A program made the position numbers and the translations under genes. A stretch of DNA of 64,000 bases from Gordius albopunctatus (lineage: Eukaryota). Shown here one piece after another: positions 40,414-54,800 of this stretch; positions within the stretch are counted from its first letter, which is position 1, and every line of letters begins with the position of its first letter. The notes under the pieces were generated by a model that saw nothing but the letters and a program-made list of their open reading frames with translations, was not told where the DNA came from and made no database searches. Location: contig OZ193909.1 of the NCBI GenBank assembly GCA_964276515.1, positions 3,596,001-3,660,000 on the forward strand. The letters are read 5' to 3'.

Positions 40414-43400
40414 TGTCATATATGTCACATATTGATTCTTTGAAGAGGAGCAACGAGAGGTGCGGCATATGGGGAGTCGTGAAAGACGATCAACCAGAGG
40501 CGCAGGGTAATTACCAGGTGCTGGACGATAGCAAGTGAGAGACAAAATAAATCTAGGAAGAGTAACGGGAAGGACGCAAAGGAGAATAACACCTGGCGCG
40601 GGACACACAAAGAGAGTATTATCAGAGGCAATAACAACTGGTGGAAGGAATGACAACTGGCGCGAGACACGAGAAAAAAAGAAGTGTATTCGAATAAAAG
40701 GGGACATCGGCGCACATACAATATCAATTAATAAATTTTCTTGGATATAAATCGTTTGTGGCATAATTTTTACTGGAAATAAAATATTTATCGGAAGTAC
40801 GAATTATTCTCAGACCTAATATTGGACTGACGGTTTATTCGAGGACGAATTATTCTCTGACATAATTTTGGACTGACGGTTTAGTCACGGACATAATATT
40901 GGCGCCCAACGTGAAATTTATTATTTTGGAAATAATAAACCAGGATTGCAATACGAATTGGGAGGCCTGCAATTATTCGGTGAGGACAAAATAAGGCAAC
41001 AGGATTTGTAACGTATTCTGGAATACGCGTTACAACTAAGTAAGTTGATGGTAAAGATTTATGTGTATGTTCTCATATTTGTACTTATTTTATTAAATTG
41101 GGCGGTAATTAAGAAAAAGTTGTGTCGATTGGTATTAAACATTGTAATTAGGCTTCTCGTGAACAATGTATATTAAACGTGGATATATAACAGATTACTA
41201 TGTATATATTAGTTGTTTTTGTATAGGGCTTACTGTTAACGTCATTTTGAATTGTATAGTGGCATGTTGTAAACGGTGTGAGACATGCCGTGGAGAGAGG
41301 AGGAGAGATAGAGATTGGGTAGCTAAAGGCTACAAATGTGGAGAAATCGGGCATGAAACGCGTGCATGTCCGAGAGGTATTCCGCAGTTAATATGTTTTA
41401 TATGTAGAGGGTAAGGACATAGGGCGAGGGAATGCCCTAGGCGTGTACAAGCGTGACGTTTAAGGAGCCGAGGTGGACTCCGTGTTTGGATAAGACGGAG
41501 CACCTTGTATTGTAAAGATATTTTTTGCGCGTTAATTAGATATATTATTTTTTTTATGCATGAGGTTTTCTGTATTATATTTAGTGTTTGGAAATTTTGC
41601 ATAGATGTACTCCTATATGGGGTGAGACGGGGCACATTTAATTGTAAAAATATTATTAGCTTTCTCGTTTGGTATAGTAGAAGTCTATTGCATGTGATGT
41701 TTTTAATTATACTTATAATATGTAAATTTGTCATAGATACTTATATATATTGTGTACAGCAGGAGCTACGTATATATGGTAGGATGGGGAGAAGTGCCTA
41801 TAAATTAGGGGCATATCTACTTAGTTCCTTTAAAAGGGTGAGTCTTAAAGTGGTGTGGGTAAGTTTGTATTTAGTCGGTGTTCTGTATAATGCGGTGATT
41901 TTAGTCGTAAATGGGAGTGTTAGTAGCACGGACAGGTGCTGGTACATATTGTTTTGGTACTGTGTGAAATACATAGTTGTAGTAAGGAGGGCAGTTAGGA
42001 GATATAGAAAGAATAAGTTTTTTATGCTTAATAAGCGACAGCGGTGGGAAATGGTCGTTAGAGTGTTAACCCTAGGGAGAAGGGGGAGGGCTAGGTGTGG
42101 CGGGGCAAGGGGCAACAAAGGGGAAAAAAGTAAGGGGCACAATCCAAGCAATATTATAATGTGTAGTGTACACTGTAAAGGAGATGTGGGATGGAAAGGA
42201 GAGGATAGGAAAGAGGTTGACTGTCCAGAAGGTGACAGACATGGTATTACTTACGCTAAAGGGTATATATTTTTCCACTTTCACAAAAAGAAAGGGTTAG
42301 GGGGAAAGTATTTATGTTTCAGAGTATATGATCTCCGACTTATCTATCATTTTTAATTGCACTATACTGCTAGCTTACTCTATTCTACCTAACTCTTTGC
42401 TATGTGTCTGTCATTTGTATATGATCTAACTTTTTCATATTTATATCTCCTTCATTAATGATTATGTTGTGGTTACTATACCTATTGTGGCAGAGAGCCT
42501 TTAAAAAAAAAAAGAGGAAGTAAAAAGAGATGTATGAGTTGAGAAATTGTATTTCTCACTATCACGATTTCGCAGAATATTATGTACAAAATCGTAACAT
42601 AAGAATTGTATTACGCACTTCGGGTATAATATAGTGTCGCGGAAGTGAAGAATTAATATGTATGTTGCAATATTTATATATTGGTATGCTGTATATGACT
42701 CATTCACTTAAAAAAAAAAGAAAATAAAAAAAAATAATAATAAAAAAAAAATAAATAAAAAAAAAATGATAAAAAAAAAAAATAAATAATTTAAAGTATC
42801 AAAGGTGAAGTGAGGTATTATTGCGATGTTGTATGTGTACTTGGATAGTATTTCGGTGTTATATCAGTTGTTTTATACGGATGGATTATAGTATTTCCGT
42901 TTTATATTCATTTTCTCATATTTCTATTGTATAATTATAGTCGTGTATGTTTACTTTATTTTTATATTCTCATATTTTTATTGTGTATTTATATTCTCAT
43001 ATTGGTATTGGGTATTTTTATGCTCATTCGGTTTATATATTACTTATGCCACATTGTTCGGGTAGCTGTAGTGTGTTGTCGATGTAAAACTGTAAAGACA
43101 TGTAACGATGGATTTGAAATATCGTGGCTGGGTTGAGATGTATATCAGGAAAGATATATGAATATTGTAATCTTTTTATTGTGGACTTATACTCGTATGA
43201 GTTATTGAGAGAAAGCGTCTAAGGATGTATAACGTCAAAGGGGAAATAGCAAGGTTGTATTCAAATGTTATTACGGAAATTGTGAATATCGCTATTGTTA
43301 TTACGCGGAGTGTCCGTATAAAAATATAGTGTATTATTGTAGTCGGTGTATATCGCGCGCAGTTATTAGTGTATAAATATTTGGGAGGGCGTAGTAACCT

Positions 43401-43963
43401 AAAGACGGAATCACGTCGGAACTATGGGTATCGGAATTGGGGCGAGCAAAGAAAAGGGAAAAGAGTAAAAAAGGGAGATGTCATATATGTCACATATTGA
43501 TTCTTTGAAGAGGAGCAACGAGAGGTGCGGCATATGGGGAGTCGTGAAAGACGATCAACCAGAGGCGCAGGGTAATTACCAGGTGCGGGACGATAGCAAG
43601 TGAGAGACAAAATAAATCTAGGAAGAGTAACGGGAAGGACGCAAAGGAGAATAACAACTGGCGCGGGACACACAAAGAGAGTATTATCAGAGGCAATAAC
43701 AACTGGTGGAAGGAATGACAACTGGTGCAAGACACGAGAAGAAAAGAAGTGTATCCGAATAAAAGGGGACATCGGCGCACATACAATATCAATTAATAAA
43801 TTTTCTTGGATATAAATCGTTTGTGGCATAATTTTTACTGGAAATAAAATATTTATCGGAAGTACGAATTATTCTCAGACCTAATATTGGACTGACGGTT
43901 TATTCGAGGACGAATTATTCTCTGACATAATTTTGGAGTGACGGTTTAGTCACGGACATAATA
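40414..43963 (+). mobile_element. Non-autonomous LTR retroelement (LARD/TRIM-like)
   Basis: 485-bp LTRs at 40414-40898 and 43479-43963 (~7 differences by eye); 5-bp TSD GTCAT; PBS TGGCGCCCAACGTG (tRNA-Lys type); PPT AAAAAAGGGAGA. Only decayed CCHC knuckles at ~41330-41440 and no pol. Confidence 0.93.
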
Positions 43964-44759
43964 GTCATAAAATAAAATACGCCTGCTTTCATTTAAAGTG
44001 TACAATTATATGTTCTTGATCCTTTGATAATGCCACTTTTATTGTTGTTTTACGTTATAATATGTGCAACTAATTATCAATTCTTTAAATAATATTATTA
44101 TCATTAAAAATCACTGTCATTTTGTGGATTATAACGCTATAAGTAAGTCAAATATAGGTGAACTTATAAATTTTTAAGTCTTTTACATTTGACAGACACG
44201 GTGAATTAGATAAAATGTTGAATTTGCTGGAACTATAAATTCGACTTTATATACATCAAAATTATTTATAGTTTATTTTTGATTTGCACTTTCCATAGAA
44301 AGTTTTATCTGTATGAATTAGTTCATATCTTTATTTTGTCAATGAAATGTCGTGTCGTGTTAGATATTTAAGAAGTTTGTGTATTTAGGTTCTTAGAAAA
44401 ATATAAAAAGTTTTCCATTTGGATTTTTTTATCACTTATTTAATATTTTTAACAAAATATAAGAAATTTTAATTTTGTATAAATTTTTTATAAAATAAAA
44501 CGAGAGAAGTCGAGAATTCTCGTCGAGACGTGATCGAGATTTTTCTAAACCGAGGCGAGATCTTGTGAAAGGGTTTTGTTGAATTTATTATAAGAGGGAG
44601 ATTATCCACTGTTTTAATGAATTTTTTGAAACAAACTTATTCTTCTCTATGACATTAAAAGATTGCACCTTTTAAAATCAATGAGGCTATTTATCAAGTC
44701 TATCCTGTTTACTTATACTTTAAGGATGTCGCTGAGCTCTTTATTTAGATACTGACCCC

Positions 44760-46368
44760 ATGAAAAATCATTCACGGTTATTGAGATAATTTTTTTAAAG
44801 ATCGACATGTTCATTACATTACTCTGCTTCGGTGAGTTTTTAATTTTTAATTCAAAAATTATTATGTTATAAATTAACACACAGGTCATTAGTAAGCATC
44901 AAAATGGACCAAAATTACGTATTTTCACCGTTTAACCTTAAAATTGCCATGTACATATATACGCGGCGGGAACTAGGGATGAAACCTGCTACGCTGAACT
45001 AGGAAATATTTCGCAGCAGTCTTTCACACACGATTACATTAGAAGGTAGTCAGGTTTTTGAGCAAATACCAAGACTACGAAAACGATGCAACCAAAATTA
45101 AAATATTAAATTAGCTATTTGTCAATAATAGAATGACTATACATCCAAATTATGCTAACGCCGTAAAGAAAATATTTGGGGCCTTGGGGACCCCGACTAG
45201 TTACAATTCACCAGATTGAACTATTAAAGCCATCCATTGATGGCTCAGGCTACTCGTAACAAAATTCGGGATTTTTTTCCCCCGGAGATATTACAAGCAA
45301 CAATCTTATAGCTTCTGTCAGCACTCTCTATTTTAAAGGACTGTGGGAGGTTCCGTTTGATAAGAGCTAATTTTTTAAGTCCACTTTATATTTTCTAATT
45401 AATTTTTGAAGATGAACGACTCAGCAAAATTTTCATACAGAAGACGGTCGATATGTCTTAACACCCGTGATGAATATTGCTTAATTAGAGATCGAACAAT
45501 ATACAGACATGAGAGATTTGGCCAATTATTTAATCTTGAATCACAAAGAGACCAAATTCAAAACGGTCCTAATTCTTCCCAATTCCAAATCAACGTTAAA
45601 AGCACTCAAATACAAACTTTTTATGGATCCTAATATATTAGAGAATGCACTCAAGAAAGCTTCCATCAAAATTCCTAACATCTCCATACCCCTGATTGAT
45701 TGTAAAACAAACTTGCAGATAGTATCGAGGTTGTTTCCAATAATGGTAATTTAGGATTGATAAAATGGGAGGGTGGAAATGGGTTTACATATTTCGGTCG
45801 TCCAGCGACCATTATCAATAAAAAAAAGGGTAAATTACAAGTGATGTGGATTACAAATAAGGAACGAAGGACGATTTGATAATGGTCGCTGGACGACCGA
45901 AATATCTAAACCCATTTCCACCCTCCCATTTTATCAATCCTAAATTACCATTAGTGGAAACAAATTGGATACTACATAATGGATTGGTATTACATAATTA
46001 TATTAAACTTGCAGATGAACACGATATTGGCGAATTCTAATCTAAGTTGCATCTTTAAGTAACTATCGATATATATTTGGAGATGAATTTTATGTATAAA
46101 TGTATATAACTGAACTTCCATTATGCATGTTTCCAGCCATGGTTTGAACAATATCGTCAAATCACAAGCCTTGTCGTTGGATAAAATGGTTCATAAAGTC
46201 AATTTTCAAATGAACGAAAAAGGAAGTAAAGGGGCAGCGGCCACTGGTGGAGCCCTCGAAGATAGAGCATTTGACAATATGTTTTTTAATAGACCGTTCT
46301 TGCATTTACTAATCGAAGCTGAGTCTGGAAATGTTTTATTTCCGGGAAGATATTCAAGCCCAGATTAA
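44760..46368 (+). pseudogene. Serpin pseudogene
   Basis: Fragments FSPFNLKIAM, STLYFKGLWEVPF, HKVNFQMNEKGSKGAAAT, FFNRPFLHLL, VLFPGRY; in-frame stops and frameshifts in 44900-45300; MITE insertion. Start approximate. Confidence 0.8.
45720..45974. mobile_element. Fold-back MITE with ~100-bp inverted arms, inside the serpin pseudogene
   Basis: 45720-45818 is near-perfectly inverted at 45877-45974. Confidence 0.85.
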
Positions 46369-47649
46369 CGGCGATCGACCGAGACGCATTATGATGCATT
46401 TTTTTGAAATTTATAATCAAAAATATATGTAACACAAAACTAGTTTAGATGATTGCATACATTTAAATATTATAGAAATGTTCTATTTATATATAACGCT
46501 TAGCCATCATATAGGTTAACAAGTGAGGAAGAATTGAAAAAAACTTCTGGTGAGCCACAGTGAAAATCAAGATTAGCAAAGTAAAATCGCCGAAAAAAGA
46601 CACACTTTTGAAAGTTTAAGGATTTTTACCATTCTTTATAGGTGATTGAGAAGCATGCCTTTTGAAAATAAAAATCCCAGCGAATAAGATACTCGATATT
46701 ATTATGGTAATTATAATCTTATTATTATATTTAAATCATATTCAGTAATTTTGTAAGAAATTTTTATATATTTTTTATATCCGCACTTTCTATCCTTTAT
46801 TTCCTACTATTAAAAATGTACAAAATGTGTAATAACAACTAATAACGATCAACCAATCGAATGATGATTTCTAGAAAATAAATGTAAGTATTAATGTAAG
46901 TGTTGGACGATGGCTGTGAGAAATTGCCGTTAAATTAATCCGCTAGAATGAGCGACGACTACGAGTAAATTTAAGGTATTGAGTAAGGGGGACCGTTTGG
47001 TTCTTCCTTCATGCTACCGCTTGACCCACGAGATTCAAAGATGAAAAATAAAATATCCCCCCCCGCACCACAGGACTAACGAGTAGAAAAATAAATATAT
47101 GATTGTATCATGGTCAAATGCCCGCTATTTACACCTTGTCGATGCACTTCTCATTTGCATGAGGGATGCCGACAGTTCCATGTACTGCACATCTCCACTA
47201 ATATGAGGCATGCTTTTTATATATTTGCCTGCTTATAATTAGTGCCCATTATTCACATAACTAATTTTAGTTGGCAAGATACAACAGGCTATCCTTCCTA
47301 GCTCATTTGCATAAGCGAGTAAGTAAAGTGATTCAACTAAAACTACAACAATATTCAATATTTCCTGGTTGTTTTGTTATTTAAAAGAATTGACTTTTCT
47401 ACTAATAGTCAATTTTCAGTAAAAATGTTGTTAAACATTTGATTTATATTTTAAACTTAATTTTGGCAATTTCGGACACAGATTTAGAAATAAAGTTGAC
47501 ATATATGGGGTGATAAACTATCGTCTCTATTGATAAAAAATGTTCTAACCCTTTCGTCACAGATATTAAATAAAAATAAGATTTTTTAATCAACTAACAA
47601 ATTTTTTATATATGATAATGTACATAAAAGCATATCTAGCCGCAAGCAA

Positions 47650-50430
47650 TAGGAAAAATCATTATATTTGCCAATGCTTTTAACAGCATTCGAAGAGAAA
47701 CCCTCATTAACACTTTTTTAGCTGTATCCACACAATTTTTAAATTACATTTTATTAAGCTATGGTTCTATAACCAAGCTTCGATTCGGCGAATACCTCAT
47801 TGACTCGTCCGAAGGCATCCAACAAGGAGATCCATTAGGCCCTCCTTTATTTTGTTTAGGCATTCATAATTCAGTCGAGGCTATATCATCTCAGTGTACC
47901 CTCGATTTAAATATTTTGTATCAACGACGCCACACTATTTGGCCGCCCGGAGGAGATTAGTAAAGCTCTAGAAATCATCAAAAACTTTGAACCCACTCTA
48001 AATCTTAAATCATACTCGAAAAAATGTTAAATCTTTTAGGTTCCCAACACTATTGACTTTCCAGTTTTTGAAACATTTTTAGTTTTAGAGAGAGAAAACA
48101 TATAGGGAAGACCAGGGCTACTTTAGCCATAAAAAATTAAATCGCGTTTAAAAAAAACTAAAAACAATTTTTCCATTTTTTTTGTTGGAATATATTTTTA
48201 AGGTCTATTTTTACTATAGGAAAAATATTTGGAGGGAAATAAAAGTTTATCACAAATTAAGTTTAAAAAAACAAAAATCTAAAATATTTTGAAAATAACC
48301 GGATCTAGTCATAGCCGTTAGATTTTTTTTAATGTATATATTGTTTATTTGAATGTAAGAACGTTATAAAAAACGAAGTGTTAAAATTCGAAAAATATAA
48401 GAGCGGGTAGAAAACAAAATAAAAAAATTATAATTAAAAAGCGTCGCATGTATCATATAATAAAAGTTTAAAATTGTACTTTGCTATTAAAATACCAATT
48501 TTTTGTTTAACTATAAAATTTGTGGAATATTTAGAGGGCGGGCAGCGACGGCTGATATCTTTAAAAGGCTTGATGGCGGCAGGACCAAAAGTCCCAGAAC
48601 ATGAGGCAACGATAGGGGTAAAGATATTAGAGGGTAGGAGGGCTTCTGACGTTTTCACATCTTATAAGTTTATGCTAACTCAAATCAATAAAAATATTCT
48701 TTCATTATAAAAATGTAGAAAATACAAATGTAATATGATTGTATTTTATATAAAAGAAATAAAAATAGAGTCAAGATGATAATCTGACTTAAGAACACTC
48801 AAAAGGCGGATTTAGCAATGGAAAAAGACTTTTAGTCGTTTTATAATGTATAATCATAGTCTATTTCTATTCCAAATAACACTATGTTAGATTATTAAAC
48901 AAAATTTTTTGTTTTTTAATAAAAAATGGCTAGCAATAGCCCCTCTCCGACTAGCCCCGACCCCTATTTTCATAAACAATTAAAAGTTTAAGATGTTATA
49001 TTGCATATAAAAATTTAATCATTAGACAATTTTTATATAGAAATCTCCCTTTATAAGATAAAAGTTAAATACATCCAAAATATTCAGCCTAAAAAATTTT
49101 ATGTGCTAAATAAAAAATTTTGTAAAGGCTACTAATAGCCCCGAAAAATAGTTTTTTCTCAATATAAATTTTAAATTTTATTTTTTCTAAGCATATTTTT
49201 TTGCTTATGGCTTATGGAAAAATACACATATGGTTTAAATTTTGCTTTAATATCAATATTATTTTACAAAATAATTAGAAAGATAATAGTAACCCCGGGC
49301 TACGACTAGCCCCGGTCTTTCCTACCTTTTGGGATCATCCATTGGCGGCGAAAAATCTCTTTTAAATTTGCTTCATAAGAACCTCGAAATATTAAAATCT
49401 AAAACGGAACTTTTAAAATGCTTGCCTGCACATCACATTTTTTACTTAATCAAAAACTATTTCAACATTTAAAAGATTTATCATTGTTTTCGCTCATCTG
49501 CTGCATTTTGACACCAACACGTTTTAAAGTCGCACGAAGGCTTTTTAAAAACTTTATTAGAAAAAATTTAAAATTTAATACTAACAATCGGATTCAAGCA
49601 TCCCTTCCAACCAAATATGGAGGATCAGGAATTCGTCCTGGCGGCAGCCTATCGCTAGCTGCTTTTATTTCCTCTTTTAAGTCAGTCCAAAACTCAATTT
49701 TTAATCTCACAACATATGATTCCGACCCTCTGTTAACTCAAGCCTTGGAGCTTTGGAATTTGAATGTGACACCAGAGACTATTTAACCTCAAAGTACGAG
49801 ACAAGATTGGGATTCTTGACTAGTATCGCGCTCCGTTGATTACCTTTTATCGAGCAGCGATGATGGCCAGCATTACAACCTTAGGTCCCTCGCTTTTTAT
49901 GGTTCCAGTCACGAGTGGCTTGAAGCCTACCCATGCAATCCCCTCAATCCGTGAGCCGTTAGATCCCTCTCTTGAAGGTAGGATGCGCCCTGACAGTTCT
50001 TCTCTAGTCCCCTGGCAAAATAGCCTATCCCTCAAATGGGATTTTACTTGTATTGACATATTTGCCTCTTCCCATTTTAATTACGACCCTATCGCTGCAG
50101 CAAAAGGGCGTAAAACTACAAAGTACTCTGCCCTTTTGGCATCCAATATTTTTATCACTGTCGTTGCCTCGTGCTCCTGTTCTTTTGGTAAGCAGGTAAT
50201 GGGGTTTTTTAAAGAAATCGGAAAACGCTCACCGAAATCTAAAATTTCTTAGTCCTTTTTACTCAGGCAACAACTAAGGATTATTATTCTACGATACAAC
50301 TATAAATCCTTTGCCGACTCATGGCCCATTTCAGGAGATCATGATATAGATCTATATATCTAACTAATAGGTCTTTATTTATTTTTGTATTTAGCTTATT
50401 TATGTAACTTTGTTTCATTAAAATAAACTT
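47650..50430 (+). mobile_element. Decayed CRE-like RLE non-LTR retrotransposon, 5'-truncated
   Basis: NAFNSIRR, SEGIQQGDPLGPPLFCL, LPTKYGGSGIR, RMRPD..W..KWDFTC; clearly similar to the copy at 59504-63715. Confidence 0.85.
48105..49322. mobile_element. TA-flanked Tc1/pogo-like non-autonomous element containing a CRE 3' fragment (~48415-48660, minus)
   Basis: TA|GGGAAGACCAGGGCTA ... TAGCCCCGGTCTTTCC|TA. The internal ORF 48434-48658 matches the CRE RLE C-terminus (SNIFTPIVASCSGTFG). Confidence 0.75.
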
Positions 50431-51845
50431 TTTAACCATAAAAATCATTATATTAGTCAGATTTTGATTGCCATGATCGATATTAGTTAGTCTTAAATAG
50501 TTTTGTGATACAGTGTCAAATATAATTCTATATTATTAGCCAGGTATGAAGAAGGTTATGCTCCCAAAAATTCGTTTAAATAAAAGGCATGTATTTTGTT
50601 GCCAAATTTTTTGGTAGACTCTTTTGATGAAATTTTGACTTTTGCATTCGTCTTTAATCTATCGATTCTTGCAGAATTGTTTATCAGTTATCTTTGGAGT
50701 TAATTTGTTACGAGAAATTTCGATGGAAGGCATTAATATGTTCACAAATCACAATAAAGTAAAGTAATGGTTAATAAATCGCTATAACTAATTTCGCCAT
50801 GACTTTATTAGTTATCATGGCGTCAGGGGGTGGTAGGGAGGGGCAGCTGGCGCCCTCTAAATCCGAAAATACTTTAAAATTTCATAAAATTCTCATTTTG
50901 CCTCTCTTTAAACGTTATTGCCTCTAATGATGGTGTTAAGTAAGATATAATATTGATATGAGTTTATATCAGCAAGATTCATCCATATAATCCCATCTAC
51001 AGAATAAAACTTTGGCGAACCTTTTAAGTTTGCGAGGACAAATAGAAGTTGACAATAAAGCGCGTCGCAATATAACATGACCAAGGTGAATTCGTTTCAA
51101 ATAAATATTTTAACGATTTTTTAGATACGAGTTAATTAAATAAAAGTTATTGGTAAGATTTTTTTCTCATAGATTCTTGATAACAGATCATAATAATAAT
51201 AAGGTTCTAATTTTTTTTAAATAAATTATAATATTTGTATTTTATCATGATAAAATATTTTGTGTATACCAAAAAATGTCCTATTATAAAGCATACATCG
51301 ATAGCAATTAATATGGAAATTTATTAGTGTAAATAATATAAATTACACAAAGCTATAAGGGTATATGTAAAAAATAATAAGCCATGTTATGATATTTTTT
51401 GGGCGTTAAGTTGAAGCCATTCTTTTATTGGATCGGATGTTGACTTCTAGAAAAATAGAATAATATTTATTGGTTTCTTAATTTATTTAACTAATAGTTT
51501 TTATGATGCTCTGAGATCAACAGCGAAACTTGTATAGCTTTCAACACACCCGATCTATAGTGAAACAAGTAGATACGGTGCACTTTTGAGGAATTTGATT
51601 TGCAAAATGCTCGACTCTGGTCTATTTTTAAAATTTCGACTAAGTCTAGAGGTCGACTAAGGAGAACAGACCAAAAAACCTTTGGTTTGTTTATGTTTAA
51701 TCCACTAAAACCGAAGGTCGACCAAATAAAACCCACCCGTTTTTACTACACTACGCTAAAGAGACAAATTTGACAATCGTCTTAGTTTTCCATCTCAAAT
51801 GATTAGCCATTTTTTATGCTGATTTATGAGAACAGGTATATTAGC

Positions 51846-54800
51846 TCAAGATATTCCATGCATTACATTTTGACATCGATCCCCAGCATAGCCATCTAGG
51901 CATATGCATTCGCCTTCAATGTTGCAGTCGTTACGTCCGTAGGCGTTAATGCAATTTTTCGGGCATTCTAGATTTATACAAAATTAGTATAAATACGTAA
52001 AATAATATATATAATATTCGGTAAATCAAAAATATTTAGTTGAGCACTAAACTCATAAGAATCATATAAAATGTTCTTTTAAATTAAGATAATCTTTGAA
52101 GCATACCAGTAGCTTGTGGGAAGAATATCGAGATCATATTTTTAATAATGTATCAAGGTGTTTTAACACTTTTAGAGACACATTGGTATCAGTGCCAGAA
52201 ACCTCGCTGTATATTAGTATTGTTATTGTATAAAAGAATGTTACTAATTTCGTTTTTTTCTTAAATGAAAAACTTTTTTATCTGAAGTATCAATAACAAA
52301 ATTTACCATTCTAAGAGCATTTGTAATTAATACAGACTTAGAATGGAAGACGTTGAATCTAGCGGAAGCATCCCAACAACATTACGTAAAAAGCTCATTT
52401 TTTTGGAATAATCTAAAAAGTTATTTCCATATGTTAATAGATTTATAAGGTTCCCCTAGAAATAATTTAAAGACTTTTAAACTTATAGGTCAATCAGAAA
52501 TGGTTGAAAACGCATGTTATTGTCACTTTAATTAAGCTGTGGCGATTTCGATGTATCCAACTGCAGTTAAACTGGTATTTTTATTGGCATGTACCAAATT
52601 GTTTTTTTTACGAAAAATATATAGATTTTTCCAGATTTATCAAACAAATATAAAGGGATTACAGGACTCACTCCAACGTTACTCTGCTCCTCTGGATATT
52701 CCATTTATTCATTACTTTTGCGATCACATCTTATTCTACCAACATCACATTGTTGACATAGCTTTCAACTGCACCTAGCTAGTTATCTAATCATCAAACC
52801 TGCTAAATTTTTTATCATCCTTACCAACACCCTCGCTTATATTTAATTTCGCTGTTATTTGATTTTTATCGTTGCGTGTTTTGGTTTAATAATAAAAATA
52901 AAGGATTTGACAATCTTTACAAAGCCCTAATTTATAAAACATGTTAAACCAGACTTCATGTGTTCATCATTAATACGTATTAAAACATAATCATCACTAG
53001 TCAAATGTTTTGCCAATCTGTATTATCTAATTTTATAGCAAAACAAGCGAGCTTTATTTATTTATTTTTTATATAAATGACATTCACCAATACCTTTACT
53101 GCAATCGTCGCCATAAAACCCTGTTTTGCAATAACAACGCTTTCTATTGCATTCGCCAGATTTGGGATCGCCTTTATGGCATTTGCATTCACCAGATTTT
53201 GAATCGCGTTCATAATGGCATTTGCATTCGGCAGATTTGGAATTGCGTTCATGGCATTCGCAATCTATTAACGATTCAAAATTATTACTCCTTGCATTTA
53301 AAATTACAGAAGATGTGCAATTTGGTAAAAAAAATTTATATTAAATAAAAATATGGCTTTTTATTTATTGAAATTATATGAGAATAAATCTATGAAGTAG
53401 TCATTTTAAATAGGTAACTATGAGTTTAAGATGTAAAAATGGTAGAATTTAAAAATGAGGAGTAAATTGAATTATATATTTTACTACTGAAATCACAATA
53501 AAATTCTTCCCCCTAAATAAATATGCTGTAAAATTGTGTACCTAGAGAACTCCTGAAATTACAACACAGAGAGTGTTAAAAAATTCATTTTTTAAATTAA
53601 CTTATCACTGAAAATGAATTTTTAAGGTAGGATGTTTTGATCATTTATTGCTTTAATCATTGAAAATTTGGTATTCAAAAATTTATTATAAAAAAATAAG
53701 TTGGTAATAGAGAGTAGTTAAGGTGGAATTTATGATGGGCTAAGTCAGATTTTACTCAAATGGGGATGCAAAGAAGATGCTCATGATTAACTGAGATGCA
53801 TACTGATGATATTTTTAAATTCTAATCCTCATTTGTATATTAACCATGAAATGCATAGCAATTAAAATAGGGGGTATAGGCAGCCCCTAGGCATGTCCAT
53901 AATAATAAAATAGTTAAATAACACACGCGATATATATATAGGATAATGATTAAACATAATTTCATAACTTCAAGATGGATGAAACTTATTAAAACAAAGA
54001 CTAAATCTTATATATAAAAATTATATATATATATATATATATACTTGAACTGCAGTTGCTTCCATATTTGCCGATTGGGCATTCGCATTTGCCTTCCCAA
54101 GAGCATTTGTTTCCATTTTTCATATGCTTACAACTACAAACTAACAAATACATTAGAGGTGAATTTAAGATATGATTATTGAATTTTTCAATTTTTGATA
54201 TAATTTAATAAGGGGACCCAGACCTTTTAAGTCATTTATTCTTATCTTAAACTTTAAATCTAGAAACTACAAATTTTTCATAAAAAAATTGATGAAAAAG
54301 TCATTATATCTATTGAAGGAAATTTTGTTAAATTTCCAAACTGTAAGCTCCTAAAATGTCGGAGTTAAAATAAAAAATATTATAAACATGTGAAAATCAT
54401 TCGAAATAATAATCGATAATCACATACATCTCAACCTGATGGGTTCCAATTTTCAAATATAATCTAATTTTTAGTTTAGATTAATCTTAGAATGATTATT
54501 AGCCAGCTATATAAGATACTGTGACGGGTAATATTAACAATGTTGTTATATTATATTCGTCCCTGGTAAAATGTAATAACAAAAAACGGAATTAATCATT
54601 AAATTTGAGAATTTGATAAAGTCAGAAATTTTAGAATATATATATATATATTTTTATATGATTTAGTTATAGCTAAAAAAGATTTTTAAATATAAAATTG
54701 TAATAAGGTTTCATATTTTAAATAACCTTGATTACTGCCTTCTAATTTTAAGATCGACTTTCTTTAAGCCTCTTTTAACTCCTTATAGCATCTAGTTGCT

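Noticed and set aside
40381..40764. Duplicated ORFs also present at 43422-43829
   Set aside because: They are incidental frames in the two LTR copies.
53058..53252. ORF MNAIPNLPNANA... as a NANA-type repeat antigen
   Set aside because: It is an alternative frame of the Cys-rich EGF exon 53094-53264.
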